This document shows positions 12,464 through 26,622 of a stretch of DNA of 64,000 bases, piece by piece. The position numbers and the translations under genes were made by a program. How positions within the stretch are numbered: position 1 is the first letter of the stretch; each line of letters begins with the position of its first letter. The notes below the pieces were generated by a model. It worked only from the letters and a program-made list of their open reading frames with translations. It ran no database searches and was not told the origin of the DNA. This stretch comes from Eledone cirrhosa (lineage: Eukaryota), in assembly GCA_964016885.1 (NCBI GenBank), contig OZ024741.1, forward strand, positions 290,284,001-290,348,000, given 5' to 3'.

Positions 12464-12775
12464 CCTCTCTGTCACTCTGTCACTCTGTCACTCTGTCACT
12501 TTCTGTCTGTCTGTCTCTTTCTGTCTCTCTCTTACGCACACACATACTCACACAGACACTCTCACTCTCTCCACCCTCTCTGTCAGTCTGTGTACACACA
12601 TTTATTCAGTGCTTGCATGCGTGAGCGCGCGTGTGTGTATATGCAACGAACGACGAACGTCGAAACGGTGAAAGTTATATGGGTCATATGATTATGAGGA
12701 GGAGGAGGAGGAGGAGGGGGGAGGAGGGGGAGGAGGAGGAGGAGGAGAAGTTCGGGGAAAGAGTAGGAAGAAGAA

Positions 12776-13430
12776 GTGGTTGTGGCGGTAGTGGTTATGC
12801 TGGTAGTGATGGTGGTAGTTATGGTGGTAGAGGTGGTAGTGGTGATGGTGGTAGTGGTGATGGTTGTGGCAGTGGTGGCGTTGGTGGTACAGGTAGTGGT
12901 GGTAGTGATGGTGCTGGTAGTGATGGTGGTAGTTATGGTAGTAGTGGTGGTAGTGATGGTAGTAGTGGTTGTGGCGGTGGTGGTGTTAGTGGTACAGGTG
13001 GTGGTGGTAGTGATGGTGCTGGTAGTGATGGTGGTAGTTATGGTAGTAGTGGTGGTAGTGATGGTGGTAGTGGTTGTGGCGGTGGTGGTGTTGGTGGTAC
13101 AGGTGGTGGTGGTAGTGATGGTGCTGGTAGTGATGGTGGTAGTTATGGTGGTAGTGGTGGTAGTGATGGTGGTAGTGGTTGTGGCGGTGGTGGTGTTAGT
13201 GGTACAGGTGGTGGTGGTAGTGATGGTGCTGGTAGTGATGGTGGTAGTTATGGTAGTAGTGGTGGTAGTGATGGTGGTAGTGGTTGTGGCGGTGGTGGTG
13301 TTGGTGGTAGTGATTGTGGTAGTGGTAGTAGTGATGATGGTAGTGGTGGTGGTGGTGGTGGTAGTGATTGTGGTAGTGGTAGTAGTGATGATGGTAGTGG
13401 TGGTGGTGGTGGTGTTGGTGGCAGTGAATG
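12776..13430. repeat. GGT-derived minisatellite, 105-bp unit
   Basis: 'ggtaca' recurs at about 12886, 12991, 13096 and 13201. Confidence 0.9.
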
Positions 13431-15056
13431 AGCAAACGGTAAAGATGCTCTACCTAGTTTGCTGTGTTGTTCTATTTGGAGACATTCGAAGAAGTATAGA
13501 ACAGTATGGGGCATAGTATTGTGTGGTAGGGTTCGGTGTGGCTAGATACAGTGGTGGAGATAGTGATAGTGGTGGTGGTGTGGAGTGATTTTTTATGATA
13601 GTTTGCATGGTGGTGGTGGTGGTGGTACAGGTAGTGGTGGTAGTGGTGGTGGTGGCTATGGTGATTATGGTGGTGAGATTTGTGGTGCTGGTTGTACAGG
13701 TTGTGATCATGGTGATGGTGGTGGTGAGGTTTGTGGTGATGGTGGTACTGTTGTGATGGTGGTGGTGGATATTGCGGGTGGTGGTGGCTATTGTGGGGGT
13801 GGTGGTTGTGGTACTGGTTGTGGTGGTGTTGGTGAGGTTTCAGGTGATGGTGGTACTGGTTGTGATGGTGGTGGTGAGGCTTGAGATGATGTTGAGGCTT
13901 ATGGTGACGATAGTGGTGAGTTTTGAGGTGATGGTGGTACTGGTTGTGATGATGGTGGTGATCGTGGTGGTGGTCGCTATGGTGGGCGGGGGTGAGGTTT
14001 ATGGTGGTGGCGGTGGTGGTGAGGTTTGACTTGATGGTGAGGCTTATGGTGACAATGGTGGTGAGGTTTGTGGTGCTGGCTGTGTTGTGATATTATGTAT
14101 GTATGTGTGTTTGTGATTGCATGTATCTGTGTATCTGTGTATTTATTATGGCTGGCAATACGACGTCGTGTAGGTAAGTATGTGAGTGGGTTATGGAGGG
14201 AAGGTCAGCAGAAATGACGGAAGAAGCAAGAAAATACTGATGTGAAAACGAGGAAATGATGGACATCCTCCTCTCCTTCCTCAGTCGCTTCCGCCTTTCC
14301 TCACCCCTTTCTTCCCCTCTTTCGACCTTCTTCAATCCTTTATACCTTCTCTCTTTCTCTCTCTCCCTTCTCTTCTCCCTTTCTACCTTCCTCGGTTTCA
14401 TCCTTCTTACCTTCATCCCTTTGTCACTCCCTTCTTTCGTCCCTTTATTTCGACCTTTCCTTCCTTCCCCATTCCCTTCTTCTTTCTCTTCTTCCATCCC
14501 CCTCCCTTCTTTGTTCGTTCTGTTATGAGATAATGTGTGTGATGACGACAGAGGTAGAAAGAGAAAGAACTAGAGAAATCGGGAAAGCCAGAAGTGTGTA
14601 AGAAATTGAGTTAGCGAGCGTGAGAGCGTGAGAGCGTGAGAGAGACAAACAGATAGAAACAGAGTGGGTGAGCAATGAAAGCTATAGAATGTTAGAGAGT
14701 CAGAGTGAGATACAATGACAGAGAGAGAGGGTATTGTTAAATATGAAGGGAAAAGACAGTATTATATAAAGAGAGTAATATGGAACGAGGGTAATGTAAG
14801 AGTGTGGTAGATTATGAAGAGAGATAGAGAGATAGAGTGGAATATGAAGAGAGAGGGAGTGAGAGGGTGTAGTATAAAGAGGGGGAGTGAGAGGGACATT
14901 TAAAGATGAGGAGGTATAGGGATATAAGGAAGGAGAAACAGAATGAAACAAAGATAACGAGAGAGAGAGGATAAAAATAATTTATAAGAAGCGTCATTAT
15001 AGCTAAAGAGAGAGAAAGAGAGAAAGAGCGAGAGAGCGATGGGGGCGAGAGAGAAG

Positions 15057-15134
<78 letters not shown>

Positions 15135-15175
15135 ATACATGAAAAAAAAAGAATATTTTGTTGGCCTTGTGCATA

Positions 15176-15362
15176 GGCGGTGGATTGGCAGTATCGGTAG
15201 TGGATTGGACGCCATGTTTGCAGCGTAGAGTTACGGCCCTTTATGGTCTGAGTTAAAATCTCGCTAAGGTTAGCCTTGTCTTTCATCCCTACGGGATCGA
15301 TAAAATAATGCACCAGTAATGCACTGGGGTAATTGATGGCCTTGTGCCTAAAGTAGAAATTA
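15176..15362 (+). mobile_element. Full-length SINE
   Basis: A-box TGGCAGTATCGG, degenerate B-box, Nin/Deu-like 'catcc.tacgggatcgataaaat..ccag' domain, 3' 'ggccttgtgcctaaagtagaaat'. Confidence 0.85.
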
Positions 15363-15379
15363 TTATTATTCTCCAAATG

Positions 15380-15600
15380 ATCCGGCAGGATCACCAAGCG
15401 AGACCAAGCCAACGGATATTATGGATGTTATCTAACCATCTTGCTCGCATTCTACCACTGGGTCTACCTGCCTGTTGGTTATACCCATAAAACTTGTCCT
15501 GCGATTCTTTCCTTAGACATTCTAATCACTTGTCTTTAGCACGAAACCTGTAATCTCTTGACGCGGAGAAATAGCATGCGTGAGTGTTTAGATATATATC
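15380..15600 (-). mobile_element. Degenerate RTE-like LINE 3' fragment
   Basis: Minus strand gives PTGR.PSGRMRARWLDNI, resembling the R-P-x-G-R-P-x-x-R-W-x-D C-terminal motif of RTE ORFs. Confidence 0.4.
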
Positions 15601-15911
15601 TTCCACATCTTGTCATCTTGTCTACACATTAGCAACATGTTTCGATAAATGTTTAGTAACACAATCTCTCATGAACTATTAATAAAATCCCGCATGGTTA
15701 TCATTGTAAGAGTTTCATCACAAAACCTAGCTTTACTTTTGTTTGGTAAATATAAGGCAAACTGAAAGGCGGCGAATTGGCAGAAACTTTAAAACCTCGG
15801 CATCTGTTCAGGCTCAATGCGCTGTAAATTTAAATCCCAACTAGATCAACTTTGCCCTTTTTCTTTTTGACGTCGATAAATAAAATACTTCCCTATAACG
15901 GTTGTTGCGAT

Positions 15912-16003
<92 letters not shown>

Positions 16004-16144
16004 TCTCTCTCACTCTCTCTCTCTCACTCTCTCTTCCTCTCTCTCTCTCTATATATATATTTATATTTATATATATATCACATCTCGGAAGTTGTTTTTC
16101 GCTAATTTCCAATAGCCGAAATACGATTCTCGCTAATTTATATT

Positions 16145-16187
<43 letters not shown>

Positions 16188-16339
16188 AGACACATATATA
16201 TATACACACACACACACACATATATATATATACCTGTCTATCTATCTATCTCTTTTTCAATTCTCTCCCTCTCTTTCTCTAGAAGAAATATGTATATCTA
16301 TACAATCCATATATAATATAGAAGTGTGTTTCCTGCAAT

Positions 16340-16530
16340 ATTCGTAGACCTCGAGCGTCTTTGGTCCCCTCACTACTGATTTCTTCCGCAATGTCGGAAA
16401 AAGGGAGCCTCGTGTGAAGGGTTGGCTGTTGCAGCGGGTGTCTCTGGTCATTCTCCGCAGTAACAACTTTGCCATTCTTTCTGCGGAACGAGGCCGAGGC
16501 CCAGCTCAAACTGGAGTGCAATGTATGTCC
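16340..16530 (+). mobile_element. CRE-like RLE non-LTR retrotransposon C-terminal fragment
   Basis: TSSVFGPLTTDFFRNVGK / EPRVKGWLLQRVSLVILRSNNFAIL resembles the ET.G..G....L...G..EPR...L.QR.S....RGN terminus of CRE-type elements. Confidence 0.55.
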
Positions 16531-17029
16531 ACTCCCTCTCCCTTTCTTTTGATGTTTGATCCTTTTGTTTTTCTTTTACTTCTTTTCATTTCCTTCTTTT
16601 TTTCTTTCGTTTCTGTTTCTTTAACAGTGTGTTTTAATTTTATTAGATACTGCTCAATATTTTTTATACATTGAAAACATTCTTTTAAAAACATTTCTCC
16701 TTAAATTTAGTACTACTCACACAGATGCAATAAAGAAAATTACTGACTCACTACCTACTCCATGCTGCCTTATTCGGTTAACCACTACTTGTCAAAAGCG
16801 TGCTGTATAGTCCTCAAGTAGCCAAACATACGAGTATATAAGACTGAAATAATTAAATATATTCCTTACAACTATCCTTGTAGATCAGGGCTTCCAAACA
16901 TTTTTTTGCGTCATTGCCCACTTTGACAGAAAATATTTCCACTGTCCACCTGTGTAGTAAATATTCAAAAGCATACCAAAAATGTTTGAAAAAGTTTGTT
17001 ACTGGTTCGTTATTCTAATTTAGCATCCT

Positions 17030-17098
<69 letters not shown>

Positions 17099-17493
17099 CA
17101 AATAACGAAACGAAATTAAATTTCGTTTCGTTTGTAACTCACTTTTGTATGACTGACGCTTTTTCATAGAAAAAGCATATAACAATATGTGCTTTTACGA
17201 TTCTCTAGAAAGGCCGGAAGATAGGTAAATATTGCTGATGAGATGTAACAACATCGAAACTAGTTCAATATTCCTTGTCTGGCTTTCTGGAGAATAGAGG
17301 AAAGGTGTTTCCTCAAAAACCAGTATGACTCTAAAAACCGGTTTGTCTGTGTGTTTACATACAGAATAGCTGGACACTCACAGTAAAGTGATCAGTGAAA
17401 AACTCGGTACATCTACATATGTATATGTGTGTGTATTCATATGCATACTAGTATTTCAGTATACATATGTGGATGTACATTTTTAACTTAATT

Positions 17494-17639
<146 letters not shown>

Positions 17640-17645
17640 ATATAT

Positions 17646-17760
<115 letters not shown>

Positions 17761-17769
17761 AGGTTGCTA

Positions 17770-17805
<36 letters not shown>

Positions 17806-17946
17806 GCTCTTACATATATCCTTTGAATATTTGTTCACTGGTAGCAAATGTTCAAATCCCTTCTTTAATACTCAGAAAACTATATTATCCACCAACATTT
17901 CCAATCACTCAACATTTTCTGTTTAATTTCTCATCGCCTACCTAAC

Positions 17947-18011
17947 AGTTTCTATAACTGGGTGATATTCCCCACCTTACCGGTGGGGAATATCACCCAG
18001 TTATAGAAACC
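17947..18011. repeat. Near-perfect hairpin (about 29-bp stem, 5-nt loop)
   Basis: gtttctataactgggtgatattccccacc-ttacc-ggtggggaatatcacccagttatagaaac. Confidence 0.9.
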
Positions 18012-18098
18012 GTCGTGTAAATGCTTACCTGCAAGTCATTGATTCAGTGATAGGTTAGCTCCATCAGAACAGCTAATTAGACGCTATAAAATATCTCA

Positions 18099-18136
<38 letters not shown>

Positions 18137-18209
18137 TGTGCATAACGGTTACAACATCAGATCAGCAGCAAAACAACGAAGAGAAAAACATACTCCTCCT
18201 CTTCCTAAA

Positions 18210-18282
<73 letters not shown>

Positions 18283-18604
18283 TCAAATACATAAACATTC
18301 CATCAGTAGAGCAACAGCAACATTAAACTCAACATAACTTCATGGCTTCCCGAGAGAGGATTTACAGACTGATGTAACCCCTGAATAAATCTATCGTTGG
18401 TGATAAGGAGGAAATTTCAACAATATTTTTAAATAGAAGGTAAAGAAAATCTTTGAAATTGTTTGCTTTCCGCTATCCTTTTCAGGTTTTATTAAACTCC
18501 ATTTAAGCTTGCAGAAATAGGTACATGGAATCAAGCAGCAACAGCAGCAATAGTAATAGCAGCAGCAGAGAGAACAATAACAGCAAGGATAACGACAATA
18601 ATAA

Positions 18605-18790
18605 CAGTTTCTACTTTAGGCACAAGGCCAGCAATTACCAGTACATTACTGGTACTTTATTTTATCGACCCCGTAAGGATGAAAGGCAAAGTTAACCTCA
18701 GCGGGATTTGAACTCAGACCGTAAAGGGACGTAACTATGCTAGAAAGCATGGCGTCCGACCCTTTACCGATACTGCCAATTCACTGCCCT
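18605..18790 (-). mobile_element. Full-length SINE
   Basis: Reverse complement of family consensus with A and B boxes. Confidence 0.88.
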
Positions 18791-19209
18791 CGGCGGCAAT
18801 AATAACGACGGTAAAATCTACAACGACAACGAAAACAGTATCAACAGCACAACAGCAAGAATAACAACAATAGCAGCAACAACAACAACAGCGATATCCC
18901 CAACAGAGAAGCAACAACAACATTAATAACGAGAGCAACAACAACAACAGCAACTACGGTAACCAGAATTACAGCAGCAGTAATAACAACAAAGTCAACA
19001 AAAACTGTATCAACAGGCATAGCAACAAGAACATCATCAACAGCAGCGACAACACCAAAATAAGCAACAACACCAACAGCAAAGACAAGAGCAACAATGA
19101 CAACAAAAATAACAACAACAACAACGCAATATCATTCATTCGAGGGATGATAATTCACTATATCTCTAGTCATGCGATCGTTTAATCATGAAATCTAGCG
19201 AGAGATGAT

Positions 19210-19250
<41 letters not shown>

Positions 19251-19254
<4 letters not shown>

Positions 19255-19459
19255 GTAGAACACAGGTGGGTTAATATCCGTAGTAGTAGAGCACTCAGTC
19301 CATGGGACGAGTTTGGTAAAGTAGTTCCACAACAGTTAGTTCACCATGCCGAGAACAAATTGTTTCATCTTATTCGGATCATTTAGACCAAGCTGATGAT
19401 CTGAATAAGGTGAAACAATTGTTTCTCAGTATGGTGAACTAACTGTTGTGGAACTACTT
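19251..19459. mobile_element. Asymmetric fold-back PLE relic with hammerhead-like core, between (TA)n
   Basis: Arms 19319-19382 / 19396-19459. Plus arm reads CTGATGA-tctgaataaggt-GAAA-CAATTG-TT. Confidence 0.65.
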
Positions 19460-19854
19460 ATATATATAGTTCGGTATATTTCTATATATAGTTTGTACAA
19501 ATATATTTATATTGTATAATAACATAATCATAATTAGAGTTCGGTCTCCCCTAGAAAGAAAGTAAAACTAATATAATGACTTAATATAATATATGAACAA
19601 ATAATAAATTATAGTCTTGATATTATGATCAATACACACATATATATAGATATATAGCTAAAAACTCTGATTTCTTTAGGTTTAATTATAAGACCTGCTA
19701 ATACTTTAAGCACTATAACTATTTAACAATAAATTCCTTAATAGTTATAAGTGTAAATATCTCATAAATTATATTATAGAAAATGTTGTCAGTGTTACAA
19801 GTAATTTTGTTAAAGATTACCTTTGTGAGAATATTGAACATTATATATTTTTTT

Positions 19855-20042
19855 GCGGTGGATTGGCAGTATCGGTAGAGGGTCGGACGCCATGCTTTGA
19901 CGTATAGAGTTACGGCCCTTGCCATTCTGAGTTCAAATCCCACCGAGGTTAACTTTGCCTTTCATCCTTACGGGGTCGATAAAATAAAGTACCAGTAATA
20001 CACTGGATAATTGCTGGCCTTGTGCCAAAAGTAGAAACAATT
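19855..20042 (+). mobile_element. Full-length SINE (best copy)
   Basis: A-box TGGCAGTATCGG, B-box GAGTTCAAATCC, Nin/Deu-like central domain 'cctttcatccttacggggtcgataaaataaagtaccag'. Confidence 0.9.
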
Positions 20043-20784
20043 ATATTTTTTTTTTCTTTCGCGGGCCTCGTACATCCTTTAAATTTGTTTTCATAAAACT
20101 TTGAATTTTAGAAATTTAACACAATTATATTATAAAATTAATACAAATAACCATCAACTTTTAAAACCTAAAATTTTGATCTTTTAACATAAAATAACAT
20201 TAATTAAATATTTTGAAATTTAACCGCCAAAGCTATATATGTTTATGTGTGTCTAAAGAAAATTTGAGCATAAATTACTCCTCTTTGTCTCTCCCTCTCT
20301 TTAATTATCTGTCAGTTGTCTTCTCAAGCTAAATACTAAATAAATTATAACTCCAGATACGTCTTCCTCTATAGTTCTATAGTAGTATTACACATTTTAA
20401 AAACGCTTTAACTGTTGCATTAAGGCAATGTTTTTCTTACTCACACTCTCTCTATTGATTCTATTACGTTTTCGCATGTTCTCAATATTAGTGTATAAAT
20501 ATTGAGTTTTCGCATAAGTTAATCACTACCTTGATTAAATCTTAACCATCTAACATGTCAGGGTATGTCATGTATCATTTTATTTTATCTGATGGGGACG
20601 TACTGTTGAACCTGATTCAGTACATCTGAAATATGTATAATAAAATTTAATTGATCACAAGAATATCTATTTTGTTAATATTTGAATTAATATTAATAAC
20701 TCTGGAAAATATATCTCCTGTAGAGTGCTTCCAATCTACTGTAAAACTCATTCTTTGATGTACTCATTGAATCTTGTTTAACTC

Positions 20785-20829
<45 letters not shown>

Positions 20830-21159
20830 TATAATGGAAAATTGTAAAATATAGAATTCCCTAGACATTTATCGAACTATTAAATCCTTTACTAATTTCT
20901 AATAAAGCTACAAGCAAATATATGTTGAAAGGCACAAATCAATACAAATACAGAACTGATGTATCGAATTTCATTGACGTTAGTCTCCTCCATGACGCTA
21001 TTCCACGTGCACTTACGCTAATTATTGATGGAGTCTTATTTATTTCTTAATTGCACTGTAATTGAAAAGGTTTGCGTTCATTTTCAACCGAGTAATGAAT
21101 AATGAATGAAGATGTTATAACTTCCTTTAAATAGCGTTCTTATTGTGCAGTAAATCAGA

Positions 21160-21370
21160 GAGATAGATTGGCAGTATCGGATACCATGCTTTGCAGCATA
21201 ATGGTACATCCCTTTACGTTCTGAGTTCAAATCCCGCCGAGGTTAGCTTTACCTTTACCTTTCATCCTTACGGGGTCGATAAAATAAAGTACCAGTCACG
21301 CACTGGGGTCGATTTAATCGACTTTTCCTTCAAAAAAAATTGCTGGCCTTGTGCTTATATAAGAAACCAT
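21160..21370 (+). mobile_element. SINE, followed by a degenerate second copy to about 21560
   Basis: A and B boxes plus central domain. Confidence 0.8.
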
Positions 21371-21974
21371 TATTATGCGATGAATTGGCTGAGATGGTAG
21401 GGCGTCGGACAAGTGACTTGTGTTTAGCTGTATTTGCTCTGGCTCAGTATGCTCTAAGTTCAATTCTCGCTCTGGTCAACTTTCATCTTTCCGTAATCGA
21501 TCATGTCAATTCCTAGGGTCGATATACTCGACTTTCCATTCCCCTAACATTCTGACCATAATTAAAGATACTCCTCATTATTATTATTTAGTTATTGGCG
21601 TGGACGAACGCTACTTAAGGTTGTTCTAATGAGATGGTGTTTTTGCCATGTTTTATTGGATGAAATATTTCCTTTTGTATTATTTTGCAAACAGTTGACT
21701 TAATTAGATCGGTGCATCCTTCGCAATATCTGGGATAAACGTAAAACCTGCTTGTTTCGGGAACCTGTTCTTATTAATGTTTGCAGTAAAAGCTTGACAT
21801 GTTTACATGAGATACAGCGAGAGGTATGAACTAGAGAGGAAGTAGCATGGCAGAGACACTAAATCAAAACAAACCATAATGACACTGGAAAGACAAACAT
21901 ATTTAAAGAAAGATAAAAATAAACTATACCGAAACAAATACTTGAAGACGTAAATAATATGGTTTCAATCTATT

Positions 21975-22170
21975 CAAAAGGCCTGAAATTTAAGAGGGTG
22001 GTAATGTTAATTACGTTGACCTCATTACTTAAATAATACTTTATTTTATCGAATTATATCGGAATGATGAAAGGCAAAGTTCACTTCGGTGGGATTTGAA
22101 CTCAGAATATAATGAACCTGGACAAATTTGCGAAGCATTTGTCCGACGCTCTAACGACTCTGCCAATACT
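21975..22170 (-). mobile_element. Older SINE copy
   Basis: 'gatgaaaggcaaagttcacttcggtgggatttgaactcag..gtccgacgctctaacgactctgcca'. Confidence 0.7.
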
Positions 22171-23064
22171 CTGCACTCGGGAAATAGATCATATTTATAA
22201 TTTAATGTCCGAAAATGATAATATGTGTAGCATAACAACGATAACAAGAACGCTGTACACACGCATACCCACGCTGATACTATTACAACACAGACACAAA
22301 CAGCGTTCGCCAATGTAGCATCCCTTATTGAATGCTTAGATATGGCTAAAGTAAAGATCAAAATAGAACAGTGATTCCTTGCCCGACGAATATATCGAGA
22401 AGTAGACACGGAATAATCTTATTTACTTTCATCTCACAAAAGAGGTGATTATTTCAAAGGCTTAAAAAAATGAATTTAAAAAAAGGGCTATCTTACATCT
22501 GGACTTTAATCATAGGAAAGATTTTAAGCATAGGAAAGGGAATGAGAAGTAAGCAAAGAAGCAAGCAGAAATAGAGCGCAATACACTCGCTTACATATTT
22601 GTACCCTAGTACGTGGGCAGTCGCGGTACAACGATAACAGTTAGAGGTATAGAGAATTGCATTGAGCCCCGTGTCTTAGCTGTATTTGTTAAACAATACA
22701 AACATGTAATAAGAGTCAAAGGAATAAGAAATGATATGTGGTCGAGAAGAGTCGGTAAGGATTTACATATAATTATAACCCCTTAGCAGCATAAGGAAGG
22801 CAATTCCAGCAATTCTGGAGCTATTGTAAGCCCTTATGGGCTTCGAATCAAAAGCAATACGTCTGACTAACTATCTATTGCTCTTGCTCTATGGGACTTG
22901 GGTCATCCTGGTCAGTGGCCCAGATGCGTTATCGTGCGTAGAACCGACAATAAATAACCAAACACCAACAATAAATTAAACACCAAGTATAAAACAACAG
23001 CAATAGAAACAATACTATCTAACAATGAAACAAAGCCGGTAAGTTGGTATAAAGTGTAAGGACG

Positions 23065-23170
23065 TTTATTTCGATCCCCAGTAAATCAATGGTATTTCAT
23101 TTAATCGACCACGGAAGGATTATAGGTAAACTTTACCTCGGTGGGATTTGAAACTAGAATGTAGATGATT
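23065..23170 (-). mobile_element. Degenerate SINE fragment
   Basis: 'atcgaccacggaaggat..aggtaaa..acctcggtgggatttgaa'. Confidence 0.55.
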
Positions 23171-23230
23171 GTAATGAAATATTGCAACTCATTTCTTCCG
23201 ACAAAATAATGATTCTGACATCTACCACTC

Positions 23231-23328
<98 letters not shown>

Positions 23329-24089
23329 GAAGAAGAAGAAGAAGAAGAAGAAGAAGAAGAAGAAGAAGAAGAAGAAGAAGAAGAAGAAGAATGATAATAA
23401 TAGTAATAATAATGGGTGAATCAATACATAAAATGCTGATTTCTATTCAAACTTAGCCGATATCAGCTATTATTATCAATGATACTGAAAGTGGTTATTT
23501 CACAACAGCAACAAAAACAACAAACACAACGACAACAAGATTAATAATATCAACTAAATAAGCACTTAATTTGGCATTAAGACATCTAGAAGGCATTTGA
23601 AAGTATTTCGTTCATTCATCTTCGTACTTTTTATAGTTTGCAGATTTTTGATTGTAATGAATTAAAATCGACAATTTGGTTATAATACGCAATATTCTCT
23701 ATGTTCTTTGTGTTAGTGACTTGATTCAAAAGACGCATAACTATCCATTCAGGAAATACAATGAAGTTTTAAAATTGGTCTCTGCTTCTGATGACATACT
23801 GCCTGTACGTACATACTTATATTAACACACACATGCACACATAGACATGCATACATGCATGTATACGTATATTCATAAATACATACATATAATCATACAT
23901 ACATACATGCATACATACATACATGCATACATACATGCATACATGCATGCAAACATACATACATACATGCATGCATACATACATACATACATACATACAT
24001 ACATACATACATACATACATACATACATACATACATACATGCATACATACATACATACCTGCATACAGACAAACATACATACATACATG

Positions 24090-24455
24090 CATGGTGGCTG
24101 CCAACTCGTTTTCGAGTACGGCCATTACTTTATATCCATGTAGGAGAACCCCTAACGATGCGCTGAACAAGTGTGACTTTTTAGTGACGACAAGTGCAGA
24201 AATCTCCAGATATAAAGCAATGCCTGTGCCGTGAAGCTTTTATAGTGAGCAAAGGCACTGCACAAAGCCAGTGCCACTCTCTTAACCAAGATGATATTTA
24301 CCAAAAAGAAGAACAAGTCAACATCATTGGATACCATCAGGGTTGCAGGTGTTATATCAGAGTTTTCCTTCTCCTAGAATTCTGCCTTGACAAAGGCTAA
24401 GGGGTCATCTCTCCCGGTGATTTTGGCTGGCCATTGACTCTTAAGCGGTCCTTTG
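24090..24455. mobile_element. Second copy of the (TACA)n-embedded non-autonomous element
   Basis: Matches 2941-3391 but lacks about 85 bp internally and is truncated on the right. Confidence 0.75.
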
Positions 24456-24644
24456 CATACATACATGCATACATACATGCATACATACATACATACAAAC
24501 ATACATACATACATACATACATACATACATACATACATACAGACAAACATACATACATACATGCATACATAATGCAAACATGCATGCCTACATAAATACG
24601 TGAATACATACAAACATGCATATAAATATGCATATATGTATATA

Positions 24645-24734
<90 letters not shown>

Positions 24735-24933
24735 GAGAGAGACAGACAGAGAGGGGGGCAAGGAGAGAGAGATATCTAGACAGATAGATACGTGTGTATA
24801 TACATTTTTCGTGTTTGTGTGTGTGTGTTTGCGTGTGTGTGTGTGTGCGTTTGCGATGGGTGTACATATGATTGTGTATATATATGAACATATGCACAAG
24901 TATGTACCAACCAGTATATTAATATATATATAC

Positions 24934-25019
<86 letters not shown>

Positions 25020-25022
<3 letters not shown>

Positions 25023-25446
25023 AAAGAATAGAGGTGTAACACACAAGTTATTATATATTGGTAAACGGAATAGAAAATGCTGACAAATTATTCACAGTTG
25101 AAAAATGGTTTAATTAGGAATAAAAGAGTATTAGTGATTGTATGGGTTAGTATTCAGTTGTGGTTTTAAGTTTTTAAGTTTTTACCGGTTGCGCATTTCT
25201 AAATGCTTTTCAAAAATAATTTTGAGATAGAGTGTCCGTGCTGTTTGCTCTGATCTGAGCAAACAGCACGGACACTCTATCTCAAAATTATTTTTGAAAA
25301 GCATTTAGAAATGCGCAACCGGTAAAAACTTAAAAACTTAAAACCACAACTGAATACTAACCCATACAATCACTAATACTCTTTTATTCCTAATTAAACC
25401 ATTTTTCAACTGTGAACAATTTGTCAGCATTTTCTATTCCGTTTAC

Positions 25447-25450
<4 letters not shown>
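25020..25450. repeat. Near-perfect long palindrome (about 193-bp arms, 6-nt spacer) between (TA)n
   Basis: 25058-25250 is the reverse complement of 25257-25449 with about one mismatch. Centre gtttgctc-tgatct-gagcaaac. Confidence 0.95.
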
Positions 25451-25513
<63 letters not shown>

Positions 25514-25520
<7 letters not shown>

Positions 25521-26622
25521 ATACATGGGGAGGGTCATATTTGTGTAATATTGCCAGAATTAATAACAGAACACACTCACTGTTTGGTTGGTTTTCGCTT
25601 CTCGCTGTCTTTTATATCTGCGATCTAACTTAATCGGTCCTCAATGTTGCCATTGACTGACCGACGGTCAAAAATAATACAGATACAATATAGACACATA
25701 TATATAGTTTACATAATTTACATAAATCTTTCGTTGCACATCTGCAACATCGTCAGTGGTGTTATATTTTTTCCTCCTGTTGTGTTGTATGTCTACGCCA
25801 TTTTTTATTCAGTCTGTCTATATATTTATTTATTTATTTGCTTGTTTTTTTATTTTATTTTGTCTTCTTTGCGCATGCGTTTGCGCGTGTGTACAGTGTT
25901 GTGTGTGCTGTGTGACTAGTGGGTATAGTGTTGTGTCTGCTGGGTGACTAGTGTGTGTTTATGTGCTTGTTGTTATTGTGCTTGTGTATGTATTTATTTA
26001 TCTTATTTTATTTTATTTTATTTATTTACTTATTTATACTTCTCTTAGGTCAGTGTTGTTTGTTTGGGTGTTGTTGTTGTTCCACTCATTCTTTCTGTTT
26101 AGCTTTGGTCTTCTAATTTCTATTTCACTGGCCTCTCTGATTTGCCTATCTGCTGGGTCATTCCTATGTTTAGATATTATTCTAATTTCTATGTTGTCTA
26201 TGTTACCGTCATGTTGTTGTCTAGCATGTTCGTATAGTACTGACCCGTTTTTTCGTCAAAAGTGTTGGTCTATCCTTTCACCTATGCTACGAGCTGTCTC
26301 ACCTATGTATGTTGTTGTCATGTTTCTGCAAGTACCCTCTGTACATCTTATGCTATAGACTACGTTTCTAGTTTTACAGTTTATCCGGGGTTCACCTTAC
26401 ATATGATACATTTCCTATTGGTACAGTGGGTTTTCTTAAAAGGGTAGGTTTTGCTGATCAGGGATTTTATGGTGGTTCCTGGCTTTTCTACCACCTTTAT
26501 TTTTAAGTTAGATCGCAGATATAAACGACAGCGAGAAGCGAAAACCAACCAAACAGTGAGTGTGTTCTGTTATTAATTCTGGCAATATTACACAAATATG
26601 ACCCTCCCCAAGTATAACAATA
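25514..26622 (-). mobile_element. 5'-truncated Penelope-like element (GIY-YIG fragment) with inverted terminal repeat
   Basis: Minus strand about 26085-26380 gives NVVYSIRCTEGTCRNMTTTYIGETARSIGERIDQH..SVLYEHA..DRQIREASEIEIRRPKLNRKNEW. 25514-25632 is repeated inverted at 26503-26622. Confidence 0.85.

Noticed and set aside
14165-14185. Splice donor TAG|GTAAGT
   Set aside because: No supporting upstream acceptor or open exon
16886-16960. hAT-like terminus CAGGGCTTCCAAAC (similar end at about 51789)
   Set aside because: No partner TIR or TSD could be located by eye
22300-22800. Possible degraded CR1/Jockey-like LINE fragment on the minus strand
   Set aside because: Only vague similarity, with no continuous motif that can be supported
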